This document shows, piece by piece, positions 1 through 11,387 of a stretch of 64,000 nt of DNA; position 1 is the stretch's first letter, and every line of letters starts with the position of its first letter. Both the position numbers and the translations under genes were made by a program. Origin of the DNA: Dimorphilus gyrociliatus (Eukaryota > Animalia > Annelida); the NCBI GenBank assembly GCA_904063045.1, contig CAJFCJ010000022.1:434001-498000 (forward strand), read 5' to 3'. A model generated the notes under the pieces. The model did not search any database, was not told the origin of the DNA, and saw only the letters and a list, made by a program, of their open reading frames with translations.

Positions 1-30
1 GATAACATTAATCTTTAATTCATACGTTAG

Positions 31-1101
31 GGTTCATAGTTTAGCAATTTCAACAAAGACAAACTTATTGAATGTTGATATTTCTAGTGCAGGTAAAATA
101 AGCAAATAAAAGAAAATTAATTATCTATTAATAGCAGTAATCAATTTCCTTTAGCAACTGGATTAACTTTACAAGAGGACTCTGTAAAATATTTCCCACT
201 ATCCAAACCCAGACGGGTATGTAAAACATTCTTGAACATTCCTTCGCCTGGTACTTTTGTCTCATGTCATAAAGATGTCGTGGGCTATCAACTAACTATT
301 GCTAGCTTGAATAGCAATGAAATGTTTAAGTTGTGCCACGTCAAGATATGGGGTCAAATGACGAATCTGGAGGAAATGTCGCTGTTGAGAATGAAACGAT
401 TTTTACTTATGCCAAGTATCAGTCAAGTCTTAAAACTGGATACGATTTCCACCGTTACCCATTTGACGATATCGGCAATTTCTGGTTGGCAAAATTAAAT
501 ATGCTAATTTTAGCTTTTGATTACATTTTAATTCATTCTCCTTTTCAAGGACCTCTGTATGATCTAGAAGTTTCTATGCTAAATGACGAAACAAAGAATT
601 ACGAAATCATTTACACCAGTGATTTTCAAAGGTATAGGTCGGAAGATATGGTTTCTACAAAGCACATAAGAGGTCGCTATATATCATTAAAAATGAACAA
701 GAAGACGGAGATAGGTCTAACTGTTTATGGAAATTTTACAAGATCGAGTAAGAGTCATATTAAAATATAATATTTTAATTTAAACATAAAATTAATTAGG
801 ACAATCAACATTAATGGCAAAAGATATGACAGCTATTCATAGAGTACTCAATCCAAGTGCCAAATCCTTAAGAGAATGCTCAGATAGTTGTCTCTCCCAT
901 GCAATGACAGATTGTTTTACCTTTGTATGGGAAAGTAGGGGCGTGTGTTACATTTCTAAAAAGGCAATAACGTCAGGACACTCAGAAGATTTAGAGGAAT
1001 TAAAGCTAAATTACAATCCATTCCTATCCAAGCTTGAGGGGTCGACTATCTTTTCGTTACACTACAGCGATAGAAATAACACTATGAATTGTATAAATTA
1101 A
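31..1101 (+). CDS. 3' part of a multi-exon protein with degenerate F5/8-type-C/FTP (fucolectin-like) domains and a C-terminal PAN/apple-like domain; gene truncated by the window edge, apparent 1-nt frameshift near 350-373
   Basis: GT-AG introns 93-154 and 748-799 (the latter joins ...TRS-R-QSTL to ORF 814-1101 in frame). FTP-like end motifs 'FKLCHVKIWG' and 'IRGRYISLK...LTVYG'. PAN-like Cys pattern 'ECSDSC....DCFTF.....C'. Confidence 0.5.
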
Positions 1102-1131
1102 CTACACATATGTATATTTGCATGTATGTGG

Positions 1132-1161
1132 GTGTGTGTGTGTGTGTTTGTGTGTTTGTGT
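1132..1161. repeat. (TG)n microsatellite, imperfect
   Basis: Visible gtgtgt run. Confidence 0.9.
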
Positions 1162-2764
1162 GGGTTTACCTTTTTTTATTAATTAATATAACGTGATGGT
1201 AATAAACATGAATTAAAAATCCTAAAGACGGTGTCAATAATATAGCTAATTTCTTATCTTTGTTTGTTTTTTATTTACAAATAAGGCTACACTCTAATTT
1301 TTTAATACACGATATGCTTAATTTAGAAACAACGCTTAAACAAATAAACAAATTTAAGGAGATTTCTTTTGTTTATGACTGTAGACTATTTGTATTTATA
1401 CCGGACCTGTTTGTTCTCGTTTACTAATGGAAAGTCACCTTGAGTAGGAAGTGACGCTTGTTTATTTATAAAACCAACACTGCAATTAAAGCGACTTTAG
1501 AGGAACAGGATTTTATTCTTAAGGATTGAAATTTTAACCATTTCCTAGTGTGATGGACTTAAAAGACATCGCCAGGGTGTCATAGAATGGTCAACGTTTT
1601 TAACTGCTACCGATTATTTCCTCATTAAAATAATTGAAATGGGAATTTTTTTCAAACGGTTAACCTAATTTCTCTTCTTTCCATCGTGATAAATACTTGA
1701 TGACATTATACAATATGTACAATACATATACAGAGTGTATTCAATAATTTATTCCCTCCTTTCTCCTGTATAATGCTCTTCTAGGTATGAGACCAAAAAT
1801 CTTTCTTCGGGGTAAGATACATAAACAATTACTTTCTATTTCCATCTCACCTTCTACAAACCTCTCTGGTTAGTAATTTCTTAATAATAGTTTTTATTAA
1901 CCATCGTGTAAGTATCAATAAAATCTTTTATCAAGTATAATTAGCCTAGGGAACTTTAGGCCTTTGAGAAAGAACTGCGTCATAGCAGATATCCTATTGA
2001 TAGAAAACATGATATATATATATATATATGAATTATATACAAATATATAGATAAATCTCTTACTGATAAACTGACGTTGGGATTGAGCTTACAAAAGAAA
2101 TTAAAGTAAAATCTCTACACTCTATTCAAATTGGTTTAATTATTTAATCAGTCTTTTTTCTTTTTAACCCTTCCCTTATTACTTAATGAATTTAAGATAA
2201 GGAAAAGTTAATTTATTACTCTTTCTTAATTATTAATGGAATTTATGCAGAGTATTCCTTGTTTACTTTTTCAAAGACAAGTAAAAGAATATAAAATGAA
2301 AGGTTGAGAATGTGTAAACTTACGCTCTCTTGAGATATTTAAGATTCAGCAGGTGTCTTTTATTTCCTTTGTTTATTTCTGTAGAGAAACGTCAAAAAGT
2401 GACAATAACTCAATCAACTTTTGTTCTAAATTACAAAACTCTAACAAAAACGTTGATTTTTACTTGCTTAACCTTTATTTAAATATTAATAAATATCCTA
2501 TTTCGAGCAGATAATATAAATGTTCATAATATTTATTGTAAATTAATCATTCAGATGCTCTCTAATAACGAAACAATGCTATTCAGAAAGAAGAAGCATA
2601 TTGAGTTTCTAAAGCTAAAGCTCTATACACTTGTTATAACTATTAAATTGCAGACAGGCTTATTCCAAAGCAACGGCCTTCTACTAGATTTTAAATTTAT
2701 ATCTTTTAGATATTTTTCTATTTATATTTCCACGCTTTATTTTGTTTTTTTTGCATTCTGATTC

Positions 2765-2767
<3 letters not shown>

Positions 2768-2810
<43 letters not shown>
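2768..2810. repeat. (CT)n microsatellite
   Basis: Visible ctctct run with one interruption. Confidence 0.95.
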
Positions 2811-5800
2811 ATATTCTACGTCTTCTCCTTGTTTCAAGGAAACGTTTATAAATTTGTTAATAACAATCTTGACCGAAATAGACTGATCATTAAATCTTCC
2901 GTCATTTAGAGTTATCGGTGTAAATGATTATTTTATGCCACTTTTGCTAGTTTCAGCTTCTTTATTAGGATTTCTTCCATTTAAAAACGCCTGTTCTATC
3001 AAATTTCTATTAACACAGGCTTTCTTTTTATTTTAAAAAACAATTGGATACATGTCATGTCTCTTATGACTAGTATAAAATTAGTTGTATTAGATAAACA
3101 TCTTTGATCCCTAAGCTATAGCTAATGAGAAGGCATAGATAACGCGATTCATGCGAATATTTCATCTTTGCACTTTTGACCTCGTGAGCGCATAATTAAC
3201 GATTTATAGCTTTTACACCGGGCTTTTTACTCCTCTTTTCTTCCGTAACCCCTTCTCGATTGTAATCAATCTAGAGTACATTTGCCAGGAAATTGTCAAA
3301 AAACAGAGCAACTAAGTATCATGCTTACGTAAGTACTCTAACAGGAATAACACGTGTAATGTATTTAGACGAAGTACACATATACACAGACATGATCCTG
3401 TTTAATGATAGCGAGAAGGAGAGATGGAGAGTGGAGAGAGAGAGAGATGTGGTTAGATAGATTTTGGGTGGAAGAAACATTTTCAGATTTCGTTTCTTGT
3501 TCCACTATTTAATTATTTCTTACTCTTTTTACGTCTAGATTTCATGATCTTAAAAAAATTCCTTCATTTTCTCCTCGTATCTGCTCTGAAGAGAGTTCAG
3601 TTAAAGAATTTTGTGTATACTATACGTATGCTTATCTCTCTTTCTTTCTTTTATCATTTTTAGCTAGAACAAACTAACCATTGATAAACCTATAAAGCCA
3701 CTACAATTTTCCAGATCAGAAATAAAGAATTTATTTATTCCACTGAAAATTTTCATTGATTTCGTTCCTTTAAGTATAAGAGGTACAATTGCTTCACTGC
3801 CTATCATAGAGTCTAATCACGGAGTAGAACTTAATAAATGTACCTAATACTAATTAATCAACAGTGCATTAAATAGGCGTTAAATGCATAAAAGATAAAA
3901 GTAATGATGATCCAAAATTAGCAACTATTAAATATCTTTATATACTATTACATATATATATATATATACAGTATATATGCATTTTCGAAAAGTCCTATAT
4001 TTCCGTTATTTATATCTAAAAAATGGCCTTTAATTAACAAGCTCTCCTCTAATCAATAAAATTGCACAAATTGCTTAATTTCCAACTCAATAAAGCTGAT
4101 TTTTTCCTTTCCAGCAATTTCTTTCATAAAAGTGCAAAAGAGGAAAGAAGGACGTAGCGAGAGAAAAGAAAGAATACAAAAATTAAAAATCTAAACTTGA
4201 AAAACAATTAACTGACTAAATTTTTATAATCTTTACAACTTTTTTCCTTCCAATATAGTCTCTTTTAATTCCTCTGATTTGTAGTATTTGTATAGGCTGT
4301 AATTTTCTTCTTCTTCTCCAATAGTAAATCTTAATTATAAATCACCTTTGCTTTCCCTTTTTTTTATATAATAATTTATAATAATACATAGGGTAAGCTC
4401 CTCCTACTTTTACACTTAATAAGATGCCAACGATGCTAGAGCTTATAGAACATATCTGAGGCAGTCAGAACAGCGCCAGCACCATTTTGGAATAAATAAT
4501 CGTCTCATCAAGGCATCCCTTGCTCGTTCGCTCGATTTTGCTCTCTCCCTCTCTGTCTCTCACTCTCTGTCTCTCTATTGCTCTCCGGCTGTCTCTGTCT
4601 CACTTGCATCCCTCCCTATTTCGCTCTCAGCTTCCCTAAAAGTTTACTTGATATAAAACCATTGAACCATTCTTTTCTGAAAGAGGCACACATTTGAGAG
4701 AAAAAGGAGGTAAGCCAACTTTCTTTTACATATATATTAAAGTTTATAGAGTTGTATTGCAAAGTGAATAGTTTTATATACTGGTAACTATTCATACTTG
4801 TAATATACACACATAAACTTTATAGATATATACAAATAAAACAGCAAACTTCTTAAGCTTTAAAGAAAGAGAAAATGTCGACTATACATGGGAGGTACTC
4901 CATGTGAAAAGGCAAGAAGTACAAAAGTAAAAAATATATGTGTTTGCTCCTATTTAACATCTACCGTCTACAAAGTTGAATATTTACTCGACATCATTGT
5001 CGATTTGTCTATGTTAGCTAATTGTTATTACAGTGTAGTGATAGAAAAGAGAAGAGAAGAGAAGGCAGGTACATTTAGTCCGCAAACTACTTAATATCTT
5101 ATTTAACAAACCTGCTAATTAGTCCATTTATTATGATTTTCATAAAGAAAATAAATAGAAAGAGGAAGGGAAGAGAGTAAAGTATAAGGAAGAGGAGGGG
5201 GGAGAGAATATTGTACAGTAGACGTATATCAATCTATACATTTTTACATTGATAAAATGAATTTTTGAATATTATAACAATATTTATGATAGTTTAAACG
5301 AAAAGTAAATAAAATAGAATTTACGTATCCATTACACCTTATTATATTATTTATGTTCCGTTATGTATATTACTTATCATTTGTAAACCGAATGATATAA
5401 TGAATGCAAGTTATACAGTGTATATATATATATACTAATATATATATATATAAAAGAATAATTTACTTTACCATTTTATAAATATACAAAGTATACATCT
5501 TCTTTTTTTGTAATCTCTTCTATCCATCAGAGTAAAACGTTTCTTTCTTATTCTTCCCTTTAATTCTTTTCATTGGAAAACACCTGGAAATAATAAATAA
5601 TAATACAATTATTTATCGTCTGTTTACACATAATACTATTATTTATTTTTTCTAAATACATCCATATCCTATATATTCTCTCTTCCTCTTCCATATCTTC
5701 CAATTTAAGTCTTTGAAATTTACGCATATCTCAACTTACTTGTATCTCTAAGTAAAAATATCTATTTTTACTTTGAAATAAGTTGAAAATTTATTAAAAG

Positions 5801-7047
5801 AAACCAGGTGAACAAACAGAATGAAAATTATATTAATATACATAAAACGTTAATAGTTCTATTCCATCTATCTCTTTCCTTCAAACTTGCCTATGTTTGG
5901 TGAATATATAGCTTATACAATATTAGACTATTTATAATAAAATAGTTGATATCAAGGTGGATTATCTTTCCAGTCAAGTTTTCTCATTTTTCCATCCTTT
6001 TCCTTCCATTATATATTTTTTCGCCTTATAATTAAAGGGAGAAGGGATTTTTTTGAATTTTTCCTATCATTTCCCTCCTACAATCGAAAGCAGCTACTTT
6101 TATTACCGTTTCCAAACTAATATGAAATATGATAGAGGTCTTTAATAGTTATAATAGTATAAGAAGAGAAAAGTAAAGAGTATATGCGTTTTAAGATAAT
6201 AAACGTTTAATAGGCGGGATGGGAGAGAGAGCTTTGTGTTACAATATACAGTATATACATATATCTATCGTATACTGTATATACTGTATATACTGCATAT
6301 ATCCTTTACAATCTATCATTAGTGATGATTTCGCTTGCTAGTTACTAAATATTTTTTATGGCTTAGTTAAGGTAAATTTTACATTAAAGGATATTAATGG
6401 TTGAGTGCTTAATGAACCATATTACTTGGAATTTTAAGTAAAGAAGAGCGAGCCGTGAGAAATACTAGATCTTCAGGCAATCTTACTAGTCTAAAAGATT
6501 ACTGTAATTAGGAACTGAGAATAATGTCGGTAAAGTTTGAGATAAGGAAGTAGAAACGATGGAATTATTTTTTTTTTATAAAAAAAAAATAATTATAAAT
6601 AATTTTTATGTCAATAGAAGGAAATTTATTTGTTTGCTCTTGTTTATTTGTACCTATTTTTATCATTCATAAATACTCTCTATGTTTGTCATATGGAATG
6701 AAAGAATAAATAATTAAATAGATCTTAAAAAAGAAATATAAACAAAGAAGAAAAAAGTTAATGCACTGTTTATACACCGCTGTATGTACTTAATAAATTC
6801 TGTAAACCTTTATAATAGTATAGGCTATGTGTTTTGTTATATGTTATTTATAAATTGCCAACATTTAGATCAAAAGAATTAAGAACTATAGTAGCCAAAT
6901 AAGTTAAAACGTCTAAATGCTAATGACTAAGCCTGTAAAATTTATGCTGACTAATTAGAATATGTTTTAAATTATAAATGACATTCAATCTATAATCTTG
7001 AATACGAAAAGCATTAACTCCTAATTGTCTTACAAAAAACTACAGGT

Positions 7048-8103
7048 ATGAATACTTCTACAAATCTTACGGCAGAACCTTATCTCATCCTGAACTTCAA
7101 GGGTAGTAGGATAGAAGAGATTCTGTGGTTAACGTTTTCACCATTAATTATTCTTGGAGGCCTTATCGGCAATATTCTTACAATTATTGTTCTCAGGACA
7201 AAATACTTTCATAAAATTGTCGTCACGAAGGCTCTCTTGCTATTGGCAATTTGCGATTCTATTGTTTTATTATTGGGTCCAACAAGATTTTACCTTAATT
7301 GGAGCTTAACCAGGCGAAATGACTACGACATAAGGGTTTCAGCGAATATAATATGTAAATTACACGTTTTTCTGGAACATTGGATAACGCAATGCACAGC
7401 GTGGATAATAGTATTCGTGTCTGTAATGAGATTGATGTCTGTTACGTGGCCACCTAAAACCAAAATCTGGTTAACTAAATTCAATACAAGATTAGTATTG
7501 GGCATATTAATGGTGGTACTATTCCTTTTAAACTTCCACGTTTTCTTTACCGTTAATATCGTACGGAGAAAGGGTAACACTTTCGCATGTCAGTTTAAGA
7601 ATAAACTCGTCCACTACATATTCGACGTTCAAGATGCTATTCAAATGTCGTTGGTACCCTTCTTTATTGTATTAGTCATGAACGCTCTTATTCTTTGCAT
7701 TCTGGCGAGAGCTAGGCAACAAAAAAGTTTGAGAACAACTGGAGGATCGGATCAAATTCTATCAATATCTTCAATGCTATTCGCCGTTTGTTTTATTTTC
7801 CTGATAACTACTGGACCTTTGATTATAACGCAATTAATATGGAGAATGATACCTCCAAAACCGTCAAATGAAACCCAATCTCTTATATTCGCCTGCCTCA
7901 ACCTTCTTTTCTATTGTAATCACGTATTGAATTTCTATTTATATACGCTATCCGGCTCTCAGTTTCGGCAAACCCTCATATCTGTCCTCTTGGGTAGTGA
8001 TGCAAAACGTTTCGAAGGCAGCAGAAATCCTAGCTTGACCACTACAAGTCTTCGAGTAAATACTCACACAAGGAAAAGTGACGAGCTCTTGCATATGACC
8101 TAA
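7048..8103 (+). CDS. Intronless class A (rhodopsin-like) 7TM GPCR, orphan peptide-receptor/FMRFamide-receptor-like chemoreceptor type
   Basis: 351 aa with seven hydrophobic segments; TM1 GxxGN, TM2 LAICD, TM3 Cys (ICKL), ECL2 Cys, TM7 NFYLY; DRY replaced by MRL. Splice acceptor (ctacag) 2 nt before the ATG. Confidence 0.92.
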   Translation: MNTSTNLTAEPYLILNFKGSRIEEILWLTFSPLIILGGLIGNILTIIVLRTKYFHKIVVTKALLLLAICDSIVLLLGPTRFYLNWSLTRRNDYDIRVSANIICKLHVFLEHWITQCTAWIIVFVSVMRLMSVTWPPKTKIWLTKFNTRLVLGILMVVLFLLNFHVFFTVNIVRRKGNTFACQFKNKLVHYIFDVQDAIQMSLVPFFIVLVMNALILCILARARQQKSLRTTGGSDQILSISSMLFAVCFIFLITTGPLIITQLIWRMIPPKPSNETQSLIFACLNLLFYCNHVLNFYLYTLSGSQFRQTLISVLLGSDAKRFEGSRNPSLTTTSLRVNTHTRKSDELLHMT

Positions 8104-8799
8104 TCTTCTAACTAATCATCCGTGAAATTATCTAATTAACAAATCATTAATGAACTTAACAAATAAATAAATAGATATTCAGTATATATAAAAGTTGGAC
8201 TATTTATCCATTCATCTATCCATCTATCTATCTATCTATCTATCTGTCTGTGTTTCTTAATATCACCTTTTATGATTGTTTCTATCTTCTGCCTTAAATA
8301 TATTCCATAGTGTGTTGTGTTTGTGTCTCACCTCGTTTATTTGGTGTTTATCATTCCAGAAATAAATGACCTATATCAACTTGATAATGTCAAATTCTCA
8401 TAAACATTCTAAGCATACACCCACAGGCGTTAGATATATATTATTCAATGTAGGCCTGAATTACTGTTGAAGAATTTAGTGGTGATTCTCGCCATAGGAT
8501 ACGAATATACCATGAAATTTATGAGTCCGAAGAAAGTACTTAAACCCCTCCTTTCCTCGCTCATCTTCATCTTCCATAAAGATTTTTGTTTATATAGCAA
8601 TAATTTATATTTTTGATATAGTGATTTTGAAGAGGAGGAGGAAGAAGAAGAAGAGGAGGAAGAGGATGAAAGAATGCTTTTTACCTGTCTTAAAAGTTAA
8701 TGCAACTGTGTAAATTCCCTAAACATATAACACTGAATATAATCTAAATAAATAGTATATATACACATTATATACCCTTACGTATATCTATAGACAAAG

Positions 8800-8824
8800 T
8801 ATATATATATATATATATATATAT
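8800..8824. repeat. (TA)n microsatellite (similar runs near 2013, 21047, 35150 and 52057)
   Basis: Visible TA run. Confidence 0.9.
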
Positions 8825-11387
8825 CTGTATGCTTGTGTATGCGAGGTTGTATATATAAGTCTGTGTCTACGTACCCTATTTTTTATGATACTATTTTGAT
8901 GATAAAGTATCAGATTGTATCTTCTCATTCTCTACTAAAATAGAGCAAAAAGAAGTAAGAAAAATCTATTCCATTCTTCTCTTTACTAGTGGACTGCCTT
9001 AAATATTTATATAATAAATACTCATGCATCTAGCGTTCATAGATATATTTTATTATTAATACATTCCAAGAACAGAATACATTAACTATATAACGTATTC
9101 CAACGATGGTGTACCGTGTATAGATATATAGATAATGCTTATGAGCATGCCTTATTCCAATGCATATCAGTATATTAGTATCTATAAATAAAGCATGCAA
9201 TAATAAAAGCAAGAAAATGGGTAAAGAAAACATAAATATACTTATTTATCTATTGCCATTCTCTCAAACTTGTTTTTATGCTAAATTTTTTTCTTATTTA
9301 CACATCTTCTTAGCATTTTATTTTTGATTGACTTTTCTACATCTTATTTCCGTCTTCTTGTTCATAGTTTTTTAGTTCAAATGTCACTACTCTATTTACT
9401 TTTCTTCGTTCATCTTCTCCTAATAAACAAACTACTTGTATCAACTCTTCCACTCCTATTGATAAAGTAAACATAATTCTTTTTTTCAACAGTGAAATAG
9501 TTATTAAAACTAAAACCAAATCTATAAATGTATTCCTCTTTCAACACTTTCCACAGCCCTCTTCAATTTTCTTGATGTCAAACCCAAATATATTCTCTTT
9601 TGTTCATCCTCCAAATGAGCTATACAATACAAATATCTGGACCTGTTTTCAACTACTTTTACTATATACTGTATGTCAAAGATTGAATAGTTTCTTTGCA
9701 CCTCTCGTGTCTCTTGTCATTTAATTTCATCTTGGAAGATATGCTACAATGTCCCCTATTCTCACTATTCATATAGTCAAAAACCCTGAAGTACAAAATT
9801 TTTATAGCAGTCCATCTAGTGATTCTGTTCTTCTCCTGACTTTCTGTAGCCTATCAAGGTTATACGATATGAGTCATCTATTGTTCCAAGGTCTATTCTA
9901 GAATAGAAGTTAAGTTGAACAACAATAGAATATTAAAACATAGATATTATGTGAATTTTTAAAGAGGTGGGAGGAGAGAATTTTACATACATTTACAGAT
10001 AGATGGCACTGATAATCTTCGCTGGAGGCTGTTTCAAGTAGCCACCTGAATACAATAAATATCCTTAGCAGAAGGAATGTTAAGGATAAAAATTTGCTTC
10101 ATTTAGGTGTTTTTTTTATTATTTTAATTTAATTATTTTAATTAATTAAATTCAAAAATCGCTTATTCCTATCTATCCGTAACTTAATCTTTCAATCTTA
10201 CTCACCAGCCTCCGTCTCTCTATCAGACTTTGAACGAAAGCTAAGACAGAAAGTGCTAATTAACATATAAAAAGAAATTTTGAACGAGATATTGATTATA
10301 TTTTATTCAAAATCAATAAAATAAAGCTGAAGTATTAGTATCTATCCTACAAGTTTGGGTATCGCTGAATAATTTAATCAGGACTTATCTCTGCTAATCG
10401 TAATTAATCGCAAGTATGTCAAGTCTAAGACAAAGTAAAAGCAAAAAAAAGCAAGTTTGATACTACTTTATATTTTTCAAGAATATGAAGACTGTACCAT
10501 GTTTTCCAAATTTTTGTTCAGATTAATAGTAATAAGTTAAAAATGAATAATTGAATATGTGTAACGTCGTTTTGACGGTTAACTGGAATTTCTCACACAA
10601 CCTATCAATGAACTAAAAAGTAACATTATCTATGAATCTATCAAGCGAGTTTTTTATCTACCAGATAACATTCAAAGTATATTAAAGTTTTTGAAATCAG
10701 AACATATCACATCTAGTTCTAGTCCTAGGACATGAAATTGTTCAAATCTTAGAATGAAACCTTGGAAACTTTTACTATGTTATCATTTGATATAATGAAG
10801 TGAACAAGTTGTATTTTAATAGAGAATTCAAGAACTTTCTAGGTTATCTTAAGAAGTAGCAATATCTGTATTTCTCATTTCTGCTTTGAATATCTCTTTC
10901 ATTAAATCCTTTATAGTTTTAGTTTCTCTCTCTCTCCCTCTCTGCCTTTACCCCTTCTTAATCTCTTTTTCTTTTACCTTTTGCAACTTATATAAAACAT
11001 TTGTTAAAATCTCTTAATTGATTAATAATAATATTCTGCCAAAGGTATCCATTACTTCATCCATTCTAACTTTCTAGATATAATTGATGGGTGACCTACT
11101 GTTGAAATGCTAATTTTATAATTCATTGTATTCCAAGAGCAAGGTTAACTTTTATATTTATTAATATATACAGTATATATAAATTGGTTTATAATATAAA
11201 TGATAAGAAAATTTTTAAACGATAACAAACAACTGATAATCCCCTACTTTCTCTGAGATAATATACTCGCTTTTATTATATCTTAGGAAGAGATTAGAAA
11301 TCAAACTTTCACTGGTGAATTTCAGATTACGGAAAATATATAAACTAGCAAATAACTGCTAATGGTTTCAATCAAGCATTTATCACC

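Noticed and set aside
9700-9900. Minus-strand 'PW...NLDRLQKVRRRT' and 'RIGDI' resembling the end of a CR1/L2 LINE ORF2
   Set aside because: Too short and interrupted by stops to support without a profile search.
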